NCBI GenBank assembly: GCA_050273025.1
Contig: CP158636.1
Span: 2,790,001-2,854,000, forward strand
From: Cenococcum geophilum
Taxonomy: Eukaryota
DNA: 64,000 nucleotides
Direction of reading: 5' to 3'
This document shows, in pieces, positions 26,558 through 39,350 of this stretch. The position numbers were made by a program, and so were the translations under genes. The notes beneath the pieces are model-generated. The model was not told the DNA's origin. It saw only the letters and a list, made by a program, of their open reading frames with translations, and searched no databases. Numbering within the stretch: position 1 is the stretch's first letter; the number at the start of each line of letters is the position of its first letter.

Positions 26558-27652
26558 CCTATAAAGGGAAAATCCTAAGTATTTCCTTTTAGTTAGTTTT
26601 ATATATTCTACCTTTACTAAACTAATATATCTTTATATCTTTAGGTCTACCTTATATACTATACTTTTTAGGTATATTAGAAGATCTAGGGGGGGTAGTA
26701 GGAGTATCTAGTAATTTATTAGCGTACTATCTACAGCTAGGCAGCGGTATTTAGTCTCTAAGGGGCTAAAAGGGGTATATCCTTTAGTGTCCTCCTATTA
26801 GATCTTATATACTATTTAGAACTACTAAAAAACTCCTTAGCCTATAAGCTATATTAATACTACTTATAGGCCCCTACTTATAGAGAGTATAAGTAATATA
26901 ATTTATACCTATACTAGTAAATAGCTAGTACCTTACTAAGTAGTAGCTATAGAAAAGTAGTATATAGTATACTAACTAAATAGGCTATCTATAAGTGTAT
27001 TAAGGTATAGTATTTAGAATATAGATACTTACTAGCTATATATTTAGGCTTAAAATCTCTATCTATAGTAGGAAGGCGGATATAAATTTTACCTTTATTA
27101 GTCCTTTATATAGGAGGAGTATTAGTATTAACTATAGGGTATTCTATATAGCTACGTCTTATATTTTTACTACCTCCTTCTATTATCGCTTCTATTTAAG
27201 GTCTACCTATTTTATAATAAGTATAGTAGATCTTTACTAGTATAGCGCTAGGTCTCCACCTAGTAAGCTAATAGTTCCTATATTTTCTTTTCTTTCTTTA
27301 CTACTTATAGGTAGAGGGCTTCCTAGCTAGTATACTTAGGCGTATTGCCTTTTTAAGGGGCCCTCAATCCTTACATACGTTTTAGTATTTAGCATATATT
27401 TTCTTTTACTAAGTAGCCTTATACTATAACTATTCTCTATATAGTAGTTATATTAATATATAAGTCTACTAGTAGAACTACTACTTTATATTCTAGTATA
27501 GCGCGTAATATTCTCTTATAAACCCCTATAGTTCTATATAGGTACTAGATTTATAGCTTAGCTAATAGCGCTAAGGAGCTTTTTATTAATACCTTACTAC
27601 CTAGTCCTAGGCCCTAGATCTAGGAGCCGTATAGTATTATTAGCCTTACTAT
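26558..27652 (-). mobile_element. Tad1-like LINE 3' part (copy L4), right arm of palindrome
   Basis: Reverse complement of ~25415-26548. Confidence 0.8.
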
Positions 27653-27759
27653 AAATAAATAAATAAATATCTATATAATTTCCTATATAATTATTTCTAT
27701 AAATTTTATAATTAATTACTAGTATAAAAATATATATTTATACGCCTATATATTTATAT

Positions 27760-28272
27760 AAAGCTCTATATAAGGCTCTATATAAAGTTCTATACAAGGC
27801 TCTGCACAAAGCTCTATATAAGGCTCTACACAAAGCTCCGCTCGAAGCTCTACTTAAAGCTCTACTCGAAGCTCTACTTAAAGCTCTACTCGAAGCTCTG
27901 CTTAAAGCTCTGCTTAAGCTCCTCAAAGCTCTGCACAAGGCTCTGCTCGAAGCTCTGCACGAGGCTCTGCACGAAGCTCTGCACGAAGCTCTGCACGAGG
28001 CTCTGCACGAAGCTCTGCACGAAGCTCTGCACGAAGCTCTGCACGAGGCTCTGCACGAAGCTCTGCACGAGGCTCTGCACGAAGCTCTGCACGAGGCTCT
28101 GCACGAAGCTCTGCACGAAGCTCTGCACAAAGCTCTGCACGAAGCTCTGCACAAAGCTCTGCACGAAGCTCTGCACGAAGCTCTACGCGGAGCTCTGCGT
28201 AGGGCTCTGCGTAAGCCTCTACTAAAGCTCTACATAAGGCTTTATTAAAGCTCTGCGCGAGGCTCTACCTAA
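27760..28272 (+). repeat. 12-bp minisatellite (GAAGCTCTGCAC / GAGGCTCTGCAC)
   Basis: Direct reading; same unit and orientation as 20270-20752. Confidence 0.92.
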
Positions 28273-29189
28273 AGCTTACCCCCTTCTATAAAGCAAATCT
28301 ATACCTACTAGTAGTCCTTAGTTATTATTTAAAGCTGGCTCGTCGGTTTGGGTACTCTGGCTGCGGTAGGAAGAGGTCGTGGGAAAGGTGCGGCTGCTAC
28401 GACTCGGGGGCGTCGGGCGCGACGACGAGATAACGAATTGGAATCGGGCAAATCGGGCAACGTAGTCTTCTTCGCCAGGTTTGATTTGGTAATTCTAGCC
28501 ATTAGGAATAGCTTAGGGAGCTGTGGAAGTTAAGACAATTTGGCTCAAAGTAGGTGTATATAGGCCTAAATACCCCGCGCGGGACTAACAAAAATCCGAA
28601 CCGTGTACCAGACCTTCTAACGAAGGTCTTGCCAAAAGCGGCTAGCGGCTTGGCAAGGTAAGCCTTGGCAAGAAGGTCTGGGAACGAGACAAGGGCTGAT
28701 GAGTCACCGTAAGGATGACTAATCAGAGACATGACCACGTAACCTCTACTCATACAAACACTGGCGACATTTACAAAAAGAAAAGAAGGTAAGAAAGTAT
28801 AAAGGAGAAGTATATAGGTCAACAGGTGCTCGGGGCAGTAACCGCGGATATTCAAGTATTGCGAATATCACGGATATTGTAGACGTTGCGGATATCGTTG
28901 CGGATATTGCGGATATCGCTACGGGTATTACGGATATTACGGTAAAAACAGGTAGGCGCGTATAAGGTGTTACCGGGGTGTCCAAGTATCTAGGTTGTTC
29001 CTCCTCCTCCTGGGTCTGGCTGCTGTTGCCAGGTAAATTGTAATAGGGTATGCTGCTATTTGCCAGGTTGCTGAGGGTTGTACTGCCACTGCTAGGTAGG
29101 CTGCTGAAAATTATACTGTTGCTGGGTAGGTTGTTGGGGTACAAATACAACAGGTGTTTAAGGTATCATAGGGGTATTCGTAGAGGGAG

Positions 29190-29715
29190 CTATAACGTTT
29201 ATGGAGGGAACCGTGACGTTCGCAGAGGGAGCCGTAACGTTTATAGGCGGGGCCGTGACGTTTATAGGCGGAGCCGTGACGTTTATAGGCGGAGCTTGCG
29301 CGGACGGAGCTTGCGCGGACGGGGCTTGCGTGGACGGAGCTTGCGCGGACAAGGCTTATGTGGGCGGAGCTTGCGCGGACGGGGCTTGTGCAGGCGGAGC
29401 TGTGACGTTCGTAGGCAAGGGAAGCTCGGCTGTAGGAGGAAGGTCATTTGGGGCAGCTGGAGCTAAGTTGTACCGTTGCTGGGCAGGTTGCGGAGGTTTA
29501 TACGAGCTTGGCTGCCGCAGGTCCTTAGCTTTGGTTAAGGGGGAGGGTGAAGCTAGCGGGGCTTGCGGCGGAGCTTGTGCGGACGGAGCTTGCGCAGGCG
29601 GAGCTTCTGTAGACGGAGCTTGCGTAGGCGGAGCTTGTGCGGACGGAGCTTGCGCAGGCGGAGCTTCTGTAGACGGAGATTGCGCGGACGAAGCTTGTGT
29701 GGACGGAGCTTGCTA
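29190..29715 (-). repeat. GC-rich 15-bp and 21-bp tandem repeats inside C; read (PSAQA)n and (PPINVTA)n on the minus strand
   Basis: ggagcttgcgcggac and ggagccgtgacgtttataggc units; both lengths are multiples of 3. Confidence 0.8.
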
Positions 29716-30716
29716 GGGTATAGACGCAGCAGGTAGTTAAGGTGTCCTAGGGGTGGTGGCAAGTGGGCGTAATTTAAGACGATAGTTGATAGCATACGAA
29801 TTGAAGGGTCCTTCGTTGTCGATATATAGCTTAATTTCTGCATCTAACCATTCCGTACGGTCGTCCTCGTGAGCGACGTCGTACAGTGCTTGTGGTACTA
29901 ACTTGCTCTTTTTGTTAAAGACCCATACTCCATTACGTTGGAGCAGTTGTTTAAGTCCTTTAATTGCAGACCTATCAGCTTCCTTAAATATTTATACCTC
30001 AAAATTATCAAAGTCCTCTTGGTATAAATCCCATAGGGTTTTATCCTTAAAGTTGTAGCTAGTATACTCATTAATTTTGAAGTAAATGTAATTAGTAATA
30101 TCCTCTGCAGTAGTCTCGCTGGTTAGGGTAATTCCGTTAGCCTAGTTCGGACGTTAGGTTCTTATGTCAAACATAATTGGCTGGCGTAGGTCGTGGTTTA
30201 GGTCGTAGTGTAGGTCGTGGTGTAAGTAGGGGTGTAGGTAGGGGTGCTGCTGACGCTGCTGGGTGTACTGGCGTTCAGTAAAGAGGTCGTACTGGGTATT
30301 AATTTGCGTGGTAGACGCGAACCAAACGAAGCCTTAGTAGGAGTCGGTTCTTCTTAGCAAACGCGACGTAATCGACGGGCCTTAGTAGGAGCGATCGCGT
30401 GTTGTCTCTTATGGTAGATTTTACGTGATGGACGCGAACCGAACGAAGCCTTGGAGGAGTCGGTTCTTTAAGTTCCCAAGGCCTATATAGGAAGGGTTCT
30501 CCTTAGCAAACACAACGTGGTCGACGGGCCTTAGTAGGAGCGATCACGTGGTGCCTCTCTTCGTAATAACACCTGGCTAATCTGTGATATCAACTAATCA
30601 GTGTTGGTATCACCTGGGGGGGTACTGCAATTGCAATATAAGGTAACAGGTTCTTTAATTTATTTGTATCTTTTGCCGAGGATTATAAGGATCGCGGTGC
30701 CTAAATAGGGGGCTGA

Positions 30717-30739
30717 TGAGTCACCGTAAGGATGACTAA
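30717..30739. promoter_or_regulatory. AP-1/Gcn4-type (TGAGTCA) and Yap1-type (TGACTAA) motifs in the LTR of C
   Basis: Exact motifs at 30717-30723 and 30733-30739, also in the left LTR remnant (28700-28722); upstream of a TATA-like ctatttagg on the minus strand. Function untested. Confidence 0.4.
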
Positions 30740-33419
30740 TCAGAGACATGACCACGTAACCTCTACTCGTACAGACACTAATATTTAGATAATTAGGTTT
30801 ATAAGGTAGATAACTTCTTTAAGATGCTAATAATATAAGATAACACTAGAAGGCGTGTGTACTAAATTATAAGTAAGACTAAAAACCAATTACTAAACTA
30901 GATTATACTTAATTAACTTAATAAAGAGTAAATTACTATATAGCTATAGCTATAGATCTTCCTAAAGGGTTAGACCTAAGATCTGTATATTATATAAATT
31001 AATAATATAAAATAATTCTAGAATGGTATATATCTAGACTATTAAGACTTCTGCTAGTTTATAAACTTTATAGAAACTTATACTTAATAAATAGATTTAA
31101 AGCCTTTTAAAAATAAGGACGGTAGCATCTATAAAAAGAAGAAGATTGGATTTATCTAGGCTAGAATTAAGCTAGTAATTTACAATAAAATAAAGCGCGT
31201 AGGAGCCCTATTGCGGATTACTATATATACCAATTTTAAATACGCGGTTTTAAACGCTAAGGATATAGTAAGGAACTAAAACTCTTTTAATAAGAAGCTA
31301 GGGGGTAACTAGAAGTATAGGCGCTTTAATAGTAATATAGGGCAAACCTAAGCCTTAAAGAAACCGTTTTTAAAGAAAACTTTAAAAGGGTTAAAGTTAG
31401 GGGCCTTAAATAATAGGGGAGACTTTTAGGGCTAACCTAATACCCATTTAGCACCCTTATAAAAACACTTTAAAAAGCTAAAAGGAAATTTCCCTAAAGG
31501 TAAATCTTATTAGAAGAATAAGTAAGGTAAATATACTAATAATTTAGAAAAGAAGAGAAGCCCTAATTACTGACGTCTCTTAGCTATAATTAGAGCAAGA
31601 TATAGAAGGGAAGACCCTCTATATTACTATTAAGCAAAAAATAATACTCCCTATAGGTAAGGTATATTAGTTCTAAGCATTATATAATAGTAACGCTAAA
31701 ATTAATCTTATAAGATATAATTTAGTAAAAGAGTATAAACTTATCCTAGTACTAGGGTAGCGGGAACCTATTATAGGCTTCTTAGATAAGTATTAGATTA
31801 AACTATATAGTGCCTATAAGCTTATAGTATTAGTAGCTAATATATATAACTGTACTAAGGTAGTTAGACCGCAATCCTTTTAGGCGGCTAGCTTTATAGG
31901 CTATAACCTTATTTTTAAATACCCTTAGTTTATAAAAGTAGATTTTAAGATACGCTTTAAAATAGGAGTCTTTAAATAGTAGAATAATAAAGAATTAAAA
32001 GGGCGTATATTACTAATAAGCTTAAAAGACATCCTAGAGAATATAGCCTTAAGTAAAATAGTATACGCTTTATACCTAAGGGAGTATTAAATTTAGCCCC
32101 TATTTTATAGTAAGATAGGTATAGAGCCTAGTATAGGCAATAACTTTTTTATAATATATACCCTATAGGGAATTACTAGATAGGTTATAGAGATATAATA
32201 AAGAGGCAGCGATCTTAAGGATCTTATAAGATACTTTAACCGCTATTGGTTATGTTAGCTTAAGCAATATATAGAGAGTATGCTATAATACCTTAAATAT
32301 TGCATTAAAGAATTCCTTACCCTTTACTAGCTATTATATATAAATAACCACTATAGCGCGCGACGCTGCCTATAGGTATTTTAAAGGAGCTCTAAAATAT
32401 ACCTAATGATAATATAGAGGACGAATGTAACCCTAATCTATTAAATATCTTATTAGGCCTAGGGGACTTATTAAAGGTATCTTTTGATAGGTATACTAAA
32501 TCCTTACGTAGAACTTAAAATATAGATAGCCGTTAAACCTTTTTATCTATAACCTCTTTTATAAAGAGTTTAAGATCCTATAGAAGTACCTTAATAGATT
32601 ACTAGTAGGCGTACTAATTCTATTTATTCTAAAACTAGATAGAACTATAAGGCGCTATATAAACTATTACAGTCTTAATAAAATTATAATTAACTGTTAC
32701 CTATTACTACTAGTTAGTAAAATACTAGATTAACTATTTAGGGTAAAGATCTTTATAAAGCTGAATCTATAAGATACCTATTATAGGCTCTATATTAAAG
32801 AATGGGATAAGTAAAACACTGCTTTTAAAACCTATTATAGCTACTTCAAGTATTTAGTAATACCCTTTAGGCTAGTTAGTACGCCTATAATATTCTAATT
32901 ATATATTTATAGGGCCTTAGAGGGACTAGTTAATTATATATATATTATCTATCTAAATAACATTCTAATCTACTTAGAAGATAAGAATTAGTATAAGTAA
33001 TATATCCGTAAAGGACTAGGACGTTTAGATAATTAGGGCCTCTATGCTAAAGTATTAAAGTATATCTTTAAAACTAAGTAGGTTAAGTTTCTGGGTTATA
33101 TTATAATACCTATAGGCATAGTTATAGATCTAGTATAAGTATAAATAATTTAAAAGTAGCTAGAGCTAGAGAGCTACTAGGATATTTAAGTGTTCCTAGG
33201 CTTTACCAATTTCTATAGGTGCTTTATTTATAACTACTTAGATATTACCTAGTACCTATTTAAATATATTACAGAAGCTTCCTAAAACGTAGCCTAAAGA
33301 GTAAAAAGCTTAAAGGTAGAAAGAAAAAAAATTAAAAGGGATTAACTAAATAGTATAAACTATAGATATAGCCTAAAAAGGCTAAGAAAGTCTTTTAAAA
33401 ACTATATATAAAGTTTATA

Positions 33420-33932
33420 CGGAGGCAGCGGCCAAAAGTACCTGGCCCCCCTGCGCCATAAAAACGCCACAAATACGCTACAAATTTACTTTCTTGGCGT
33501 TCCACATTAGGAAGGAGGGTAGTAGACGAGGTAGTAGACGAGGTAGTGGGCAGAAGCAGTAACCCTATACCTTACCACTACACTAGGTAGCTATTATAAT
33601 GTTATATATCTAAACTCTCGTCATAGAGAGCTAAAATCTATCTTCTATACTAGCTCGTCCGGTAGCGGCTTAAATATCGGTATTTATACTGCTATAAATC
33701 TTTATAGGAAGGGCCTGAGCCCTTATATAGATATTATATAAGTTACCTATTATATACAGTAGGATATAATAAGAATTTAATAGATTTTAAAAGCTTGTAG
33801 AGTATAGTATTAAGGGGAGAGCTATATACGCCGCAACGCCGTAGTGCGCGCTAAGCATTGCTTACGCTATACTAAGCCACTAAAGGCTAGCGCACACAAG
33901 GGGGGGCCAGGAACTTTTGCCCGCTGCCTCCG
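33420..33932. mobile_element. 513-bp non-autonomous Tc1/mariner-type element (MITE) in D
   Basis: ~33-bp TIR CGGAGGCAGCGGSCAAAAGTWCCTGGCCCCCC; TA TSD at 33418-33419 and 33933-33934; the host reading frame rejoins on removal. Confidence 0.9.
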
Positions 33933-34027
33933 TAAAAGCTCTATTACTACGGCATTTTAACCTAAATTAGCTAATAATAATAATAATTAATATATTAAAT
34001 TTTGCCCTTATTAGTATTCTATTAACT

Positions 34028-35558
34028 TTTCTTATACATGCAACCTTACTAAAAGGTAGCGCCGCACTTTAAAACTTACGCATACCCATCTTATCATTAA
34101 AAACAATCGATTTTTCAACTTTTAAGACCCAATTCCTACTACCTAGCGAGCTAAAGGTAGATTAATTTGCCTTTTTACCCCCTTTACCTAAAGAGAAAAT
34201 TCTTCTAAGGGGTGGTCCTAGCTTATAAGCGAGGTAAGGGTAGAAACACCAAAATTATAAAATATAGACTTTTCCTAGGCTTTTCTTCTATTAAAAGTAA
34301 AAGCCTAATAAAATAGGGGATGTAGGTACTTTTCTATATCTCCTTTAGTTAGATTTTCTTTAATAAAAGGAGGATTACCTTTAGGGCCTTTCTGTTAGTA
34401 AAAGCCTAACAAGTCCTTTTTTTAGTAGTTTTTTTAACTTCTAATAGGAAAAGAAAATAACTATATTAGTCTTTTTAGCTAGTTTTTCTGCTACCTTTTA
34501 GCCTAATCTCCCTGGAAATTATCTAGTAGGATTAGTAAGAAAAAAGGGCGTAGAAGGATAGTAAAAACTAGCAAGGCTTTTTGCCTAGTTTTTTTACCTC
34601 TAGGACTAGGAGATAAGAGACCTAAAGAGGTTACTATCTACTGTAAAAACTAGGAAACCCCCCCTATAGGATATAAAATGCTAAGGCCCGGTAAAACTAA
34701 AAGAAACCTTCTATAGAAATAAGTGATAATGAGTTTATATCTATATTTACTTTTTCTACCCCTTCTCCTTCTCCTGGCCTATTTAGGACAGGAGAAAAAA
34801 GAGGATATCCTTAGTCTTCTACTAAAAAAGAAAACAAAAAACCTATAAAAAAAATAACTAAATTAATAGCTTCCACGGCTGGTATACCAAGTATATCTTT
34901 CTCTCTCCTTTCTCTAGAACAACACCTATAAAAAGCTCTAAATGGCCTAACCTAGGCCTATAAAGGGCTAGAAAAAGAAGAAGGGGGAGAAGATAAAAAG
35001 GAATAAGTTAAATAGCTAGAGGACTATACACACAGTATCCTAGTAGGAGAAAATCCCTTTATAAAAGGAAAAGAAAAGATAAAAGATGTCCTAAAAGGAC
35101 TAGTTAAAGAAGTAAGAGCTCTTTGTAAGGAGGTAGCCCCTACTAAAGAAACCTACGCAAAGAGGCTAAAAAAGGACCTTCCTACTTCGTCCTCCTCTTT
35201 ACCCTCCTTATTACTACTATTTCCTATCTCCTCTACTTCTACTAGAAGTAAAAAAAAGTAGCTATAAAAAAGAAAGCTAGTCCTAATTATAAACTAAAAG
35301 GAGTAACCTTTAGATACCTTCTCTATATAAAACAAAGTCAATTAACTATTTATATTAAAACTGTAAGTAGAAAAACCCGTTTTAGCATCTATAGCTAGAA
35401 CTAAAGGAAAACAAAATATTCTCCTTACGACTATAGAAGAGTATAATGTAGATTTCCTAGTTAAATATAAGGAAATCTAGCATAACTGCTTTACCTTTTA
35501 AAGAGAATAAAAACTAGAACTATGGGTTTAAATTATAGCCTATAGGGTTCCTACCCTA
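34028..35558 (+). mobile_element. 5' part (5'UTR + ORF1/gag-like) of a second Tad1-like LINE (E), cut by Gypsy F-a
   Basis: PVLASIARTKGKQNILLTTIEEYNVDFLVKYKEI...WV.IIA..VP resembles fungal LINE ORF1; the 5' boundary is approximate. Confidence 0.55.
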
Positions 35559-37656
35559 TATAACGGAACCTTGTAGCAGGAACTACAATAGGCTTATTAT
35601 TGGGCTAGGTGTGTAGGAAATGCAAGTATAGAAAGTCAATAATGTAATAATAACTAGTGGAGTGGTTGCCTAATAGATTAACTCTAATTGTATTCTGAGA
35701 ATCACTATAAGGAAGGAACTATCTAGGTAGGGACTAAGGGTCCTTAAATACATAACTATACTCCTATAAAATCCTTCTTGTATATAATATACGTCTTATA
35801 TATAAGGTACGTAAGTTCCTCTCGTTTCTCTTATTTAATACGTAGTATGTTATATAACTTTAGCTACTATTCCTCGTTATATAGTTCTACCGGCTCTATC
35901 TTAGACCGTGCCTAAATTAACTAACTAGCTTCTTTTAATTCCTCTCTAAGTAGTTATAACATTGTACTTAAAGCGTCCGTAATACTATCTCCCTCCTTTT
36001 TATTTTTGTCCTTAAAGATTCTAACTATCTTTAAGTCGTTTACTAGAGGTATAATATTTATCTAATTAATTTGGTTAATATTATTGCTTATTATACCTAA
36101 AGCAATTTCTTCTTTATACGCCTAATGTCGTGCTTATACTGTTACTGCAATATTATCTCTTAGTAAGATTATACCGTCTCTATATTCTTATTACTCGAAA
36201 AAGGGGTTAGTTTATATTGCGTTAGTAAGTCTATCTTTATAATAACCGTTCTTTTATTTAGAGTGTACTAAAGCGAATATTTATTTGTCCTACGACGTTT
36301 GCTTTACCTCTAATACTAAATATACGCGACTTATTACTCTTAATAGTCGTCTAGTTCCCTAATTAATTTGTCTTAGGGTCTTATATTTAATCTACTGCTG
36401 TATAGCTAGATAGTAAACTGTTTTAAGCCCTTACTAAGTTAGAACGTTCTTAAGATGCGGAACAAAAGGCCCTAGATGCTCGTATCGCGGCATCTACTCG
36501 TTTGTTTTGTCTTAAGAAGGTTTATAAAAAGGGTTGTTCTAAGGAGTAGAAACTTGTGGAATAGGGTCTATAGAAACTTAGTAATAAAAGAACGGATTCT
36601 CCTCTAATAAAGAAGGAAATAGATATAAGTAGTTCGGTAACTGCGCTTCTTAGGTCCCCCTTAGGTGACTTATTCTTTAGCGATCCTTCTTTATTAATAC
36701 TGCCTGACCTAATTTCTTCTAATACTCCTATACCTTTTTTATAGCATTCTTTAAATTCTCTAGTGGTTTTTAGGTAGTCTTATTATAGCCTATCTACTTA
36801 ACCTTGTACTATATTTTGTTATTAATATCCTTATAACTAACGATCTTTAAAACTTGCTATTTGTCCTCTTCCTGCCCTTTATATATGTCTACTTTATAAA
36901 CTAATAGCTTAATATTCCCGTGTGCTAGCTCTAGCATTATAATATACTATATAGGGTAGATCTTTATTTTAGCTAGTAGGTTTAACTTAAACGTAACCGG
37001 TGAAATCCTTTACGTAATTTTAAAAGGTCCTAGTCTGACATAGTCTAACTTCTTACTTAGTTGTCGACTTTTGAAATTTTTGTATAGTAGCTATACTTTA
37101 TCTCCTTCCTTAAGATCTAGTCCCTTAGATCTCTTAGCATTATAGTACTTTTTTATTCTCTTTTATACTTTCTTTATTAATTCTATAAGGTCTATATAAA
37201 GATTCATTAACGTCTTTATTCTTTCTTTAGCTGTATTACTTATTTTCTTCGCTTACTATAGTAATAATGATGTTTTTAGCTTATATCCGTAATTTGCCTT
37301 AAATAGTAATGTACCTATACCTTCCTATGGCGTTATATTATATATAAACTATATAACTAGTAATAGCGATACCTAATTATTTTATACGTAATTAATATAA
37401 TGCCTTAGATACTGCTCTAGTGTTTAATTTAATCTTTCCGTCTAACCGTCTGTCTGCGGATAATATGCGGTAGAAGTTACTACTTAAACTTCTTACTCCG
37501 CTAAAAATACCTCCTAAAATGCTACTATAAATCTTAGATCTCTATCCGATATAATTTTACTTAATGCTCCATATCTTATAAATACTTCCTTAACATAGAT
37601 TTTAGCAACATCTTCTGCTAATATTTCTTCTATACATACTATAAAGTATCCCTACT
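35559..37656 (-). mobile_element. Gypsy/chromovirus F-a, 3' part (LTR 35559-35984, antisense gene, chromodomain, integrase C-term); interrupted by F-b
   Basis: 426-bp LTR (T)ATAACGGAACC..GCGTCCGTAATA, PPT ctatctccctcc, chromodomain YKVK.IGYN.TT.KPLENLKNA. Confidence 0.88.
36093..36777 (+). pseudogene. RIP-mutated antisense Cys6/coiled-coil gene of F-a
   Basis: Homologous and equal in length (685 nt) to 56411-57095; start ATG mutated to ATA. Confidence 0.6.
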
Positions 37657-39350
37657 TATAACGGAACCTTGTAGTAGGAACTACGATGGGTTCTGTCAAT
37701 GGGCTAGGTGTGTAGGAAATGCAAATGCAGTAATCGTCAACGTAATAACAACTGGTGAAGTGGTTGCCTAATAGATTAACTCCAATTATATTCTGAGAAT
37801 TACTATAAGGAAGGAACTATCTAGGTAGGGACTAAGGGTCCTTAAATACACAACTGTTCTCCTACGAAATCCTCCTTATACGCGATGTACGTATTATATA
37901 TAAGGTACATAAGTTCCCTTCATTCCTCGCGTTTCTTACGTAGCACCTTATATAACCTTGGCTATTATTTCTTATTATATAGTTCTACGGGTTCCATCTT
38001 AGACCGTACTTATATTAACTAACTAGCTTCTTCTAACTCTTCTCTAAGTAGTTATAATATTGTACTTAAAGCGTCCGTAACACTATCTCCCTCCTTTTTA
38101 TCTTCGTTTTTAAAGATACCTAATATCTCTAAGTTGTTTACTAGAGGTGTAATATCCGTTTAATTAATTTAGTTAATATTGTTACTTATAATGCCTAAAG
38201 CTTCTTCTTCCTTATACGCGCAACGTTGTGCTCGCACTATTACTGTAATATTATCGCTTAGTAAAATAATACTATTTCCGTATTCTTGTTGTTTAAAAGA
38301 GGGGCTAGTATATATTATATTGGCGAGTCCCTTATCTTAGCAACCCTCCTCTTATTTAGAGTACACTAAAGCAAATATTTAATCGTCTTATGATATTTGC
38401 TTTATTTCTAACGCTAAGTATACGCATTCTATAACTCTTAATAGTTTCTAGGTTCCCTAAGTAATTTATTATAGGGTCCCGTATTTAATCTACTACTATA
38501 AAGCTTAATAGTAACCTAGCGTAGGCCCTTATTAAACTTAAGTGTTCTTAGAATGCGGAACAGAAGGCTCTAAATACTTATATTACGGCGTCTACCTATC
38601 TACTTTATCTTAAAAAAGTGCGTAAGAAGGTCCGTTTAAAGGAGTAGAAACTTATAGAATAAGGTCTGTAGGAACTTGGTAATAAAAAAACGGATTCTCT
38701 TTTAATAGAGAAGGAAATAACTCTAAGTAGTTTAGCAGTCGCTCTTCTTAGGTCCCCTTTAGGTAACTTATTCTTTAGTAATTCTTCTTTATTAATATTA
38801 CCTAACCTTTTCTCTTCTAATACTCCTATACCTTTTCTATAGCGTTCTTTACGTCAGGAAAACGGGAGGTGGCGCACGAAATTTGGTTTCGCTAAAAGTG
38901 ATTTTGGGGCCCGGGGCCAGCTTTCCGCCATATTAGCTAACCCCCCAGAGCTTTCCGCCAGCTTTCTGCCATATTAGCTAACCCCCCAGAGCTATACGCT
39001 AGCTTTTAGCCATATTAGCTGACCCCCTAGAGCTATACGCTAGCTTATAGCTATAAAATAAATATTGTTACTATTATTATATTTATTGCTATTAGGGTAT
39101 TAAAATCCTAAAGGCCTCCTGGTAGGCTTTAAGCAGGCTCTAAGCAGGCTCTGGTAGGACTTTGATTTTCCTAATTATCTAAATTATCCTAAGTACCATC
39201 GGGTCCCCGCTATATTCCCGATAGCCTCTACACGTGTCTTTGCATACCCCTTGTACACCTAAATGCCACCTTATTTTTTTTACCCTTTCTTACATCCTCC
39301 CTACCTAGGGAGGCACCAGAACGATAGCTAGCAGACTGTGACCAGAACTA

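Larger units (their letters stand above)
19620..28692. mobile_element. Non-autonomous DNA transposon X with 17-bp TIR and 8-bp TSD; contains 12-mer minisatellites and a LINE cluster
   Basis: Ends TTATCTCGGTCCCAGAC / GTCTGGGAACGAGACAA; TSD GGGCTGAT (19612-19619, 28693-28700); the empty site is visible in the intact sister LTR at 30710-30717. Confidence 0.88.
19505..30776 (-). mobile_element. Internally deleted Copia-like LTR element C (~2.2 kb of own sequence): LTRs 19505-19619 + 28701-~28760 (split by X) and 30602-30776
   Basis: 175-bp TG..CA LTRs; TSD CTAAT at 19500-19504 and 30777-30781. Minus-strand remnant YIYFKINEY..DKTLWDLYQEDF..LKQLLQRNGVWV resembles fungal Copia gag N-termini. No pol. 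Confidence 0.8.
18338..34027 (+). mobile_element. Gypsy D (RIP-inactivated): 5' LTR 18338-18525, internal 18526-19504, 30782-33419, 33935-~34027; remainder not in window
   Basis: TGTAAGG..CCTTATA LTR; protease-like region ~31670; RT (IYLNNILIY ~32950); RNase H start KFIKALLLRHFN reassembles across the MITE at 33420-33932. Confidence 0.75.
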
